Under the pieces are notes generated by a model. It did not search any database, was not told the DNA's origin, and worked only from the letters and a program-made list of their open reading frames with translations. Both the position numbers and the translations under genes were made by a program. From contig CAYWLI010000001.1 in NCBI GenBank assembly GCA_964459135.1, forward strand, positions 2,506-66,505: 64,000 nucleotides of DNA, in the 5' to 3' direction. Source of the stretch: an uncultured Thermodesulfobacteriota bacterium. Its GTDB lineage: Bacteria > Desulfobacterota > B13-G15 > RBG-16-54-18. The first letter of the stretch is position 1, and each line of letters opens with the position of its first letter. Below are positions 1 to 8,226 of the stretch, in pieces.

Positions 1-819
1 GCTGCGGTCCAAGATCTTGACCAGGAGGCTCTTCTCCTCAAAGGCCTTAAAGAGTTCTTTCATTCGCTCCACATCCGCGAATGCCGGTTCATCGAGGATG
101 TTCGTTTGTCCCTCAATGTACAGGTCTCGTTCCTCCCCCCCCTCCAGGGCTTCCTCCCCGAGCTGCAAGGCCTTCTGCAACAATTCGTCGTAGGTCATCT
201 TCTCCTGCCGCATCTCCTCCACAATGCGCTCCCGCACCTCCCGGAGGGAAAGGTCAGTCAACACCTCGTTGAGATAGCGGGTGATCTTTTCCAACTCATC
301 CTGGCTGAGATCCTCCTCCATCTCCACTACCCGATTCTGGACGAGACCCGAGGAAGCCACAAAAATGACAAGAACTTGGTTGCTTTTAATCCTGATAAAC
401 TCGATACGCTTAAAGACGGTCTCTTGCAGGGGAGGAGCCATCACAATACCCGTATAGTGGGAAAAAGAGGAGAGGATGCGGCACGCTCCCCGCATGAGGT
501 GCGACATGTCCGCACCACAGGCTTCATATATATTTTTGATCTCCTCCTGTTCCATGAGGGAGAGAGATTGCCGATCGAGGAGTGTATCGATGAAGATGCG
601 AAGCCCCTTCTCCGTGGGGACCCGTCCTGCCGAGGTATGGGGTTGATAGAGCAGGCCCATCTCTTCCAGATCGGCCATTACGTTTCGGATGGTGGCGGGG
701 CTCAAGTTGAGATCGGACTCCTTGGCCACCGTGCGCGAACCCACGGGCTCACCGGTATTGATATAATCCTTGACGATAATCTTAAGGATGCTCTTATCCC
801 TTTGGGTGATAGGAAGCAT
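1..819 (-). CDS. hrcA: Heat-inducible transcription repressor HrcA (C-terminus truncated by the window start)
   Basis: Reverse-complement translation from ~819 gives MLPITQRDKSILKIIVKDYINTGEPVGSRTVAKESDLNLSPATIRNVMADLEEMGLL..., the HrcA N-terminal winged-helix signature. The frame stays open to position 1. It is absent from the ORF track because no stop lies in the window. Confidence 0.8.
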   Translation of the reverse strand, partial: MLPITQRDKSILKIIVKDYINTGEPVGSRTVAKESDLNLSPATIRNVMADLEEMGLLYQPHTSAGRVPTEKGLRIFIDTLLDRQSLSLMEQEEIKNIYEACGADMSHLMRGACRILSSFSHYTGIVMAPPLQETVFKRIEFIRIKSNQVLVIFVASSGLVQNRVVEMEEDLSQDELEKITRYLNEVLTDLSLREVRERIVEEMRQEKMTYDELLQKALQLGEEALEGGEERDLYIEGQTNILDEPAFADVERMKELFKAFEEKSLLVKILDRS

Positions 820-873
820 TTTAGTAGACATTAAATGTATATATTGTTACAAAAATTGCTTTACAGCTTTTTT

Positions 874-902
874 AAAATAGTAATCTCCCCCCCCTTTGTC
901 AA
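874..902 (-). promoter_or_regulatory. Candidate sigma70-type promoter for hrcA (TTGACA-17 nt-TATTTT on the minus strand)
   Basis: Minus strand reads cTTGACAaa-GGGGGGGG-agattac-TATTTTaaaaaag about 45 nt upstream of the hrcA ATG. No CIRCE inverted repeat is visible here. Confidence 0.25.
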
Positions 903-1020
903 GACAAGTACATTGAAAGCGTGAGGTTACAATGTGATTCGTCTGCGTTGCTTGGAATAAGAAGGAGGGTGTGTGCCCCAGATTGTTCCCTCGAACGTAA
1001 TTGTGAGGTCACTACTCTCG

Positions 1021-2157
1021 TTACTTATCCCCTTTTACGAGAACCACCAGGAGCGTTGCGATAAGCATAGCTCCTGCTCCCAACGAAAAGGCCGTAAAAT
1101 AATTACCAAAGGCATCAAAGGTGAACCCCCCAATAGCTGGACCGCTGGCTGCTCCGAGGGACCACCCTGCTGACATTACTCCCATGATTGCCCCGATGCT
1201 CCGCATGCCAAAAACATCACCAATAAGTACGGTTACTATTGTACTGAGACCTCCCCATGAGGTACCAAAAACAATGGCAAAGACATAGAACATCCATAAC
1301 TCCCGTGACCAGATAAGCCAGAGGAGCATCCCAACCTGAAGTAAGGCACACACCACCGCCGGTGCCTTTCTGCCGGTCGCATCTGAAAGTTTCCCTATAC
1401 CTATCCGCCCCGCTATGGTAGCGCCGCCGATCAGACTCACGATAATGGCTGCGTCCATCGCTGAAATGCCTATATCAACAGCGCACGGAACGAGATGAAC
1501 CATAATTAAGTGTACATTGAGAGATAGGAGCAGCCAAACCAAACACAAAAACCAAAAGTTGCTCGTTCTCAATGCCCGGGACAGTGAAAGGCCCGTGGGT
1601 CGAGTACTGTGATTTTTCTGGTGCAGCCTTTTATAGGCTGCTTCTGATTTTATTCCGTTTGGTAACAAACCCTTCTCACCGGGATCCTTCCTTAAGAGCA
1701 AAGCCATGGAAGCCATAATAAACCATGCGATGAGCCCTATTATGACAAATGCCGCGCGCCACTCAAACTGAACAATAAGGTAGGTTGCAAAGGGCGCCAT
1801 CACTATTGCTCCCAACCCTCCTCCCGAGGTAGTAACGCCAAGGATAAAACCTCGTTTTTGCTCAAACCATCGAGAGGTTGTTGAGTTGACAACGGTAAAT
1901 GTTGCCCCTGTTCCTAGCGGCAGAATCAAACCATAACTGATGAATAATTGCCAAGCGGCAGTGGTCTGACTGACGAGTATAAGGCTGACCCCAGTGAACA
2001 AACCCATAAGGAAGACAAGGAGCCTCGGACCATATCTATCTAATACCCAGCCGCCTAAAATAGCAAAAACACAACACAGCAGCATAGACACTGAAAAAAT
2101 ACCAGAGGTTGCTCCCCGCGTCAGGGCGAACTCATTTTCAATGGATGTAACAAACAC
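1021..2157 (-). CDS. MFS transporter (GTG start; the true start may lie further upstream)
   Basis: 378 aa and highly hydrophobic, with many TM helices and an MFS-like GxxxDRxGPR-type motif (LDRYGPRLL). Confidence 0.7.
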   Translation of the reverse strand: MFVTSIENEFALTRGATSGIFSVSMLLCCVFAILGGWVLDRYGPRLLVFLMGLFTGVSLILVSQTTAAWQLFISYGLILPLGTGATFTVVNSTTSRWFEQKRGFILGVTTSGGGLGAIVMAPFATYLIVQFEWRAAFVIIGLIAWFIMASMALLLRKDPGEKGLLPNGIKSEAAYKRLHQKNHSTRPTGLSLSRALRTSNFWFLCLVWLLLSLNVHLIMVHLVPCAVDIGISAMDAAIIVSLIGGATIAGRIGIGKLSDATGRKAPAVVCALLQVGMLLWLIWSRELWMFYVFAIVFGTSWGGLSTIVTVLIGDVFGMRSIGAIMGVMSAGWSLGAASGPAIGGFTFDAFGNYFTAFSLGAGAMLIATLLVVLVKGDK

Positions 2158-2438
2158 TCCAAAGGAATAGCGTATGCCGAGGGCTACGACGGATATGATG
2201 AGGCCAGCAGCTGCTATCCACCATCCATAGAATATCTTCTCTCTAAAAAGTGAGTAAATTGTTTTTTCCCTCCAGCTGCGCCAGCACTGGTATGACTCTC
2301 AATGAATCACTTCTCACACAGAGAGCATATAGTACCACAGCACTTATTCCCGGACAATAAGAGGGATCAAATCCTTTTCTTCGTGGGGAAAAAAAGAGTT
2401 TAGATAATAGGTGATAATATCCTTGTTAATAAAAAGGG

Positions 2439-3941
2439 CTACTTGGCTTTACTCAGCATCTGTGTTCTCAATTCTCTCTTCAGGATCTTGCCGGCAGGGG
2501 ATTTTGGCAGCTCACTCACCGCGTGGAACTCCTTGGGGACCTTAAAAGGTGCGAGGCGCGTTTTCAGGAATGCCTTCAGTTCGTCCTTATCAATGGTCTC
2601 ACCCGGCTGGGGGATAATGTAGGCTGTTACCCGTTCCCCCCACTCCGGATCCGGGAGACCGATCACCGCACATTCTTGCACTTCAGGCCTGGTGTAAAGG
2701 ACCTCTTCCACCTCCCGAGGGTAGACGTTTTCACCGCCGGTGATGATCATGTCTTTGACCCGGTCGACGATGTACAGGTAGCCGTTTTCGTCAAAGACGC
2801 CGATGTCGCCGGAGCGGAACCAGTCGTTTTCCCAGAAGGCTTCTTTGGTTCCCTCGGGATTATTCAGGTATCCCTTCATGATGTTCCTGCCACGAATACA
2901 GATCTCCCCCTCTTTGCCTTGCGCAAGAAGCTGGCCTTGCTCATCCCTAATCTGCACCTCCACACCGGGCACCGTGGTTCCTATGGACCCGATGACATGG
3001 CGATAATAGTGATTATACGTCACCGCAGAGGCGGATTCCGTCAGGCCGTAGCCTTCATAAATGGTAAGCCCAGTCCGATCTTTCCACTGTCGAACAACCG
3101 CTGCGGCCATACTGGCCGCAGCGGAGAAGGAATAACGAACAGCCCCCATCTTCTCCTTGAGCCCCTCAACCCCCAGAAGGCGGACATACACCGTGGGAAC
3201 CGCAAAGAGCTTGGTTACTCGGCCGGCTGCAAGGATAGAGAGGACTCGATCCAGGTCAAAGGCAGGCAATATCTCCAGGCAACCGCCGCTCAGGATGGTC
3301 GCATTCATGATGTGCATCTGGCCAAATACATGGTTAAAGGGGAGAAAGCACAGAGCCCGGTCGGCCTCGGTCGAGCGTTCACTGAAGGCCACATTGTGAG
3401 CTGAGGTGTTGATGTTCTCATGGGTGAGCATTACCCCCTTGGGTATACCCGTGGTGCCTCCGGTGTAGAGGATGGCCGCCGTGTCGGACCGACCCCTTTC
3501 AACAGCCTTAAACGAAGGTGAGCCCTTATCCATGAGCTGCTGGAGGTCCAGGTCACCGCTCGGACTGATTATTTTCTCCAAGCCGCCCGATCCTTTGAAA
3601 CGTGCCAGGTCGTCTAACCTCTCATCCTCAGTAAAAATAATCCTCGGTTGTGAGTGATTTACCAGGAGGACCAGTTCGTCCCTGCTGAGCATGCTCGACA
3701 GGGCAACAACTACTGCACCAACCTTGAGAACGCCGAAGTAGAAGATCAGCCAATCGCCTGAATTGGGGGCGCACAGCGCTACGTGGTCACCAGGCTTTAC
3801 ACCCAGCCCCATGAGGGCCGTGGCCACCCTATTGGCCTTTTCATTGAGCTGCGCATAACTCGTCTCAGAGGACCCTTCGCTCGCCGCTGGCCGCTGGGGG
3901 AAGAAAAAAGCAGACCACTCTAAATTTGTCGCCAGGTTCAT
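2439..3941 (-). CDS. AMP-dependent synthetase/ligase (acyl-CoA synthetase, medium/long chain)
   Basis: 500 aa with the AMP-binding signature YTGGTTGIPKGVMLTHEN and C-terminal GLPDPEWGERV...LPKSPAGKILKRELR motifs. Confidence 0.85.
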   Translation of the reverse strand: MNLATNLEWSAFFFPQRPAASEGSSETSYAQLNEKANRVATALMGLGVKPGDHVALCAPNSGDWLIFYFGVLKVGAVVVALSSMLSRDELVLLVNHSQPRIIFTEDERLDDLARFKGSGGLEKIISPSGDLDLQQLMDKGSPSFKAVERGRSDTAAILYTGGTTGIPKGVMLTHENINTSAHNVAFSERSTEADRALCFLPFNHVFGQMHIMNATILSGGCLEILPAFDLDRVLSILAAGRVTKLFAVPTVYVRLLGVEGLKEKMGAVRYSFSAAASMAAAVVRQWKDRTGLTIYEGYGLTESASAVTYNHYYRHVIGSIGTTVPGVEVQIRDEQGQLLAQGKEGEICIRGRNIMKGYLNNPEGTKEAFWENDWFRSGDIGVFDENGYLYIVDRVKDMIITGGENVYPREVEEVLYTRPEVQECAVIGLPDPEWGERVTAYIIPQPGETIDKDELKAFLKTRLAPFKVPKEFHAVSELPKSPAGKILKRELRTQMLSKAK

Positions 3942-3974
3942 ACGTCAGCTCCTTGATATCGGCACGGCCTTGCT

Positions 3975-4727
3975 TTACTGTGGCGGGGCAATGCCCAACT
4001 TAATAAGGAGCTGCTTGACAAATTCCATTCCGTCCTCTTTGTACGCAGGAAGGACCCATGGCATGTCCTGCAGGGTTTGTAGCAGGTCAGGCAACAGATC
4101 AAAGGGGATAGCTACAAATTGTCGACCTTCGGGAAAGAGTTTCCTTCGCTTCATACCATGGCCAAGACCGGTGACGGCATAATTCAGTTCCCCGGTGAGA
4201 TAGGGATACGTTAAAATCCATGCGCATCCTATCGCGGGTGAGTACTTGCTCACCCACATCTTCCCCGTCCTATAGCTCATAGCCCTCAGCAAAATTTCCG
4301 TCTGGCTGGTCTCGGCAAGGATGATCAAGACATCCGGATCGAAGGTGAGCTTGTCCAACGGGGAAAAGGCAATATAGTTAACTACGTCTTTCCCTATCTT
4401 TGGGATATAGTGGTACAATCTACCGGCGGAACGCGGCTCCGCGAAGATCTTGAGCCCGGCCCCAAATGCGCCACTGATAAAAGGCCCTGGGGCATCTGCC
4501 TGCCCTAATACATACAGGCCAGCCTCACAGGTATGGTTTTTTGCGTCGGCAAAAAAGGCATTCCCTTCCTGCGCCCTCTTGAGCATTTCGCAGAGGGCCA
4601 ACTTTTCATCAAGCCGCTCAACCATATCCGGCCGTTGGGCCACGAATTTCACGCCTATCGGCGGTACGTCAAATGCAAACTTGTCTAAAATAGCTAATGC
4701 TTCTTGAGTGAGAATCATCTGATACAA
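3975..4727 (-). CDS. Conserved hypothetical protein, possibly DUF169 family
   Basis: 250 aa soluble protein. The family assignment comes from memory of the sequence pattern only. Co-oriented between the ACS and the liv SBP gene. Confidence 0.35.
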   Translation of the reverse strand: MYQMILTQEALAILDKFAFDVPPIGVKFVAQRPDMVERLDEKLALCEMLKRAQEGNAFFADAKNHTCEAGLYVLGQADAPGPFISGAFGAGLKIFAEPRSAGRLYHYIPKIGKDVVNYIAFSPLDKLTFDPDVLIILAETSQTEILLRAMSYRTGKMWVSKYSPAIGCAWILTYPYLTGELNYAVTGLGHGMKRRKLFPEGRQFVAIPFDLLPDLLQTLQDMPWVLPAYKEDGMEFVKQLLIKLGIAPPQ

Positions 4728-4808
4728 ATCCTTTCCAGTTTATCCAACTGTTAGAGAGTTTAAAAATTATAATATGATAAAACTTTCTTTTTGTTTTTAT
4801 GAGGGCAT

Positions 4809-4840
4809 CCAGGGGCTCTATTGAATAATAGAGCCCCTGG
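4809..4840 (-). other. Perfect 14-bp stem / 4-nt loop hairpin immediately downstream of the SBP gene (intercistronic stabiliser/attenuator)
   Basis: ccaggggctctatt-gaat-aatagagcccctgg. No U-run follows on either strand, so it is not a canonical intrinsic terminator. Confidence 0.5.
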
Positions 4841-4858
4841 AATAACACTGGGTCGTGC

Positions 4859-6115
4859 CTACTTTTTTGTATAGATGTGGCGCAATGGGTAGAGACCCAC
4901 TTGGACTACCTTACCCTTCTGCACCTGGTCGACACGCACCTCATCAACACCCTCTACATCGCCCGGAGCATAGGTTATCGGTGTGCTGCTGACCTCACCG
5001 GTTTCCATGTCTTTGATCTTGAAAAAGCCCTGTTCCAGCACGTCTTTCCGCGTGAGCTTTTCAAAAGGCACCTTTTTCATGGCCAGCCGTAACGCCTCAA
5101 CCTGGATCATGCCCTCCAGGAAACCACCTTCATACATGATATTGCCATTATATTTGCCGGGGTGAGCCATCTCCTGTATGTCGTGGCAAAATTTTACCCC
5201 CTTGACGGAGAGGTCATCCATGGGAGGGAAGCTACCGGCGCAGACATACCCGTCACCCATCTCACCCAAGGCCGGAGCAAGTAAAGCAGCGTGACCTGGC
5301 GAGGCGGTGCCGAAGACCATCTTATAGTCCAGATGGGGGCCCATCCCCAGCCTGACCATCTCCTTTACCGTGGGTTGTGCGCCGGCGTTGATCATGACGC
5401 CCAGGGCAAGATCAACGCCCTTTTGCTTGAGCCAGGTAAGCTGGGTGGTCGGCGGCGAGGTACACACCAGAGGCACATACTGGGTACCCACAAACTCATA
5501 GCCGATCTTCTCGAGATACGCCTTCATCTCAGGGATCTCGATCGACCTGCCCATGGCGTTGTCGGCGGTCAGGTAGGCAACTCGTGGTTTCCTCTTTTCC
5601 TTCCAGTTCTCTTTGAACCAGTCGGCGATGGCCGCACAGGCATCAGTATAAATAGGGTAATAGGTAAAGCAGCTTTGAGGCGGCGACAAGTAGTACGCGC
5701 CGGTGGCCATGCTCGTGCCCCCCATGTGATCCTCCCACATCCTATCCTTGAGTGCCAGCGCTATGGGCGACCCCGATATCCTGGCGACCAGCATTCCCTT
5801 GGCCTTGAGCTCCTCATAGATGGGCATCGCCTTGGACGGTTTGAGCTCATCATCCCGCCACATCACCTCCAGAGTTACATCGGCGGGCCATTTTTCTTTT
5901 CGCCACGGCGCCATTTTTTTGGTCTCATTGACATAGTTGGCATAGTCCTGAATGGCCATCAGCACTGCCGCTGAATCCTCGGCAAAGGGCCCGGTGAGCG
6001 ATTGGGTGCCACCGATATAGAGTACTTTTTCGGCATGGGCGCTCACAGGTAATAACGATGCTGCTGCTATTACCATAATCGCGCCAACTGCCAACATCCA
6101 TCTCATTTTAGCCAT
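4859..6115 (-). CDS. ABC transporter periplasmic substrate-binding protein (Liv/PBP1 family) with signal peptide
   Basis: 418 aa. N-terminal signal MAKMRWMLAVGAIMVIAAASLLPVSAHA. Its position is directly downstream of the livHM permeases. Confidence 0.75.
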   Translation of the reverse strand: MAKMRWMLAVGAIMVIAAASLLPVSAHAEKVLYIGGTQSLTGPFAEDSAAVLMAIQDYANYVNETKKMAPWRKEKWPADVTLEVMWRDDELKPSKAMPIYEELKAKGMLVARISGSPIALALKDRMWEDHMGGTSMATGAYYLSPPQSCFTYYPIYTDACAAIADWFKENWKEKRKPRVAYLTADNAMGRSIEIPEMKAYLEKIGYEFVGTQYVPLVCTSPPTTQLTWLKQKGVDLALGVMINAGAQPTVKEMVRLGMGPHLDYKMVFGTASPGHAALLAPALGEMGDGYVCAGSFPPMDDLSVKGVKFCHDIQEMAHPGKYNGNIMYEGGFLEGMIQVEALRLAMKKVPFEKLTRKDVLEQGFFKIKDMETGEVSSTPITYAPGDVEGVDEVRVDQVQKGKVVQVGLYPLRHIYTKK

Positions 6116-6279
6116 GTTCTTCCTCCTTTTTAATTTAAATACACGAATTAGTTTACACCCTCAACAAACCCCGTTTAAACTGTCGTACGTTGCACCTCCT
6201 TTCCCTGTTTTTTTTGGTTTTAAACAACTAACTATATACTACCTATGGGGTGTTCAATAAAAGTGTTTCTCACCCCCGT

Positions 6280-7335
6280 TCACTCTGATCCTTGATGAGA
6301 AAAGGGCCAAAGCCTGAAGTAGGCCTTGATCATCTCCCAGCGGTGATACAGCCCCCGGGGCTCGAAGATGAGAAATATGATGATTACCAAACCGTGTGAC
6401 ATGAGGGCCAGCGAGGCGGCTGCCTGGGGAGCGACGGCCGCGGATAGAACGGGTCCCGCCATCGTAACCAGCTCATCCAGCAGCCTGAGGGCAACGGCGC
6501 CAAAGATAGCCCCTGTCGTACTGCCCATACCCCCCACGATTAACATCCCCAGATACCAGACTGAATCCATAAAGGGGAACTGATCCGTACTGGCGAAACT
6601 AAAGTAGTGAATGAGCAATGCCCCGGCCACACCGGCATAGACGCAACCGATAAAGAATGCCTGCAGCTTGTAACTCCACAGACTGATCCCCATGACCTCA
6701 GCCGCCAGGTCATTGTCCCGGATGGCGATGAAGGCCCTGCCTGCCCTGGTCCGCACGATGTTTTTAGCCAGGAGCGTGGCCACACAGACAATTATCATCA
6801 CCAGGTAGAAATAGTTGGTCTTGGTGCCCAGCATGAGACCCCCTATCGCAGGGCTGGGCACGCTTAGGCCATCAACCCCCCCGGTGACGCTGCGGAGTTG
6901 GATGATGGTCCAGATGATGATAAAATGTGCCGCAATGGTCGCCATAATGAGGTAGAAGCCCTTGATCTTTAAGGACGGGAGTCCGAAGATCAAGCCTGCT
7001 ATCCCCGCAGCCAGGGCGCCGCATGGAAGGGTCACCCAGAACGGCAGGCCAAGCTTGGCGCACAAAATAGCCGAGGTATAGCCGCCGACTGCCATAAAGC
7101 CCGCATGCCCGATGGAGATCTGATCGCAGTACCCGGTGAGAATATTGAGGCCGTGGGCGCTGATAACGGCAATGCCCATCATGGTCAGTAAGGTCAGTAT
7201 TCGGTCGCTGGCAAAGAGGGGGCAGACGAAGAGAAGGATGAGGAAGGCCGCTAAAACTCCCCAATGCAGCTTGGTAGGGAAGATAGCCATATCCTGCGCA
7301 TAATTTTCGTGGAAGGTTCCGGAGCCAAGACCCAT
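6280..7335 (-). CDS. livM: Branched-chain-amino-acid-type ABC permease LivM
   Basis: 351 aa polytopic membrane protein of the LivM-like permease family, adjacent to livH. Confidence 0.75.
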   Translation of the reverse strand: MGLGSGTFHENYAQDMAIFPTKLHWGVLAAFLILLFVCPLFASDRILTLLTMMGIAVISAHGLNILTGYCDQISIGHAGFMAVGGYTSAILCAKLGLPFWVTLPCGALAAGIAGLIFGLPSLKIKGFYLIMATIAAHFIIIWTIIQLRSVTGGVDGLSVPSPAIGGLMLGTKTNYFYLVMIIVCVATLLAKNIVRTRAGRAFIAIRDNDLAAEVMGISLWSYKLQAFFIGCVYAGVAGALLIHYFSFASTDQFPFMDSVWYLGMLIVGGMGSTTGAIFGAVALRLLDELVTMAGPVLSAAVAPQAAASLALMSHGLVIIIFLIFEPRGLYHRWEMIKAYFRLWPFSHQGSE

Positions 7336-7338
7336 GGG

Positions 7339-8226
7339 TTAAATCCTCTCTATCCTGACCAGGCCAAAGAGCCCGTACGGTCTGAAGATGAGCACGATGA
7401 TCATAACAATAAAGGGAAATACCTGGGCCAGACCGCCCCCGGGGAGGAGTGGGTCCAGGTAACCGGCAGCCACATTCTCCAGCATACCCAGTATTATGCC
7501 GGCCAGAATGGCGCCGCCGATGGAGTTCAGCCCACCCAGCAGCACGACGGCGAATGCCTTGAGGCCGATATCGGCGAGCGCAATATGCGCGCCGGATACG
7601 CCCCCCAACAGGATGCCGCCGATGACCCCTACGATACAGGCAATGACCCATGAGACGGCGTAGACCGTAGTTGCCTTGATACCGAGGCTCTGCACCACCT
7701 GTAGATCCTCGGCAGTGGCCCTCATCGCCAGCCCGATCTTGGTATAACGGAAGAGGAGCATGAGCAGCACCATACAGATAACAGACACGATGAGTCCAAT
7801 CAATGACTCGGAGGGTACGGATATCGCGCCTATCTTCAGGGTTATAGTCGGCAGTAATCCATGATACGGCTTGTATTCGCCCCCCCAGAGCAGGGTTGCC
7901 AACCCACCCAATAGTGAGGCAAGGGCTATGGTCACCATAACCACAGCGAGTACCGGCTCACCCAGCAGGGGGCGGAGGGTAAGGCGTTCTATTGCCAGGC
8001 CCATGAAGGTTGCCGTAACTATTGCCAGACCGAGGGCGGCCCATATCGGCAGGCCGAACGGCACCAAGAAGGTATAACCGAGATAACCGCCGATCAAGAC
8101 AAAGTGCCCCTGCGCAATGTTAAACACCTCGGAGCATTTCAGGATGATCACAAAGCCAATAGCGATGAGTGCATAGATCATGCCTTGGGCAAGGCCGGTT
8201 ACGACTAATTGAAGGAAGAAATTCAT
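7339..8226 (-). CDS. livH: Branched-chain-amino-acid-type ABC permease LivH
   Basis: 295 aa. N-terminus MNFFLQLVVTGLAQGMIYALIAIGFVIIL is LivH-like. Confidence 0.75.
   Translation of the reverse strand: MNFFLQLVVTGLAQGMIYALIAIGFVIILKCSEVFNIAQGHFVLIGGYLGYTFLVPFGLPIWAALGLAIVTATFMGLAIERLTLRPLLGEPVLAVVMVTIALASLLGGLATLLWGGEYKPYHGLLPTITLKIGAISVPSESLIGLIVSVICMVLLMLLFRYTKIGLAMRATAEDLQVVQSLGIKATTVYAVSWVIACIVGVIGGILLGGVSGAHIALADIGLKAFAVVLLGGLNSIGGAILAGIILGMLENVAAGYLDPLLPGGGLAQVFPFIVMIIVLIFRPYGLFGLVRIERI

Noticed and set aside
106-834. 242-aa plus-strand ORF at the window start
   Set aside because: It is antisense to a clearly recognisable hrcA on the minus strand. Its low-complexity Leu/Gly/His-rich translation is typical of GC-rich antisense frames.
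2523-3404. 293-aa plus-strand ORF
   Set aside because: It lies entirely inside, and antisense to, the acyl-CoA synthetase gene, with no domain signal.
6872-7651. 259-aa minus-strand ORF rich in Arg/Gly/His
   Set aside because: It is an alternative frame overlapping livM/livH. The real permeases account for the coding potential.
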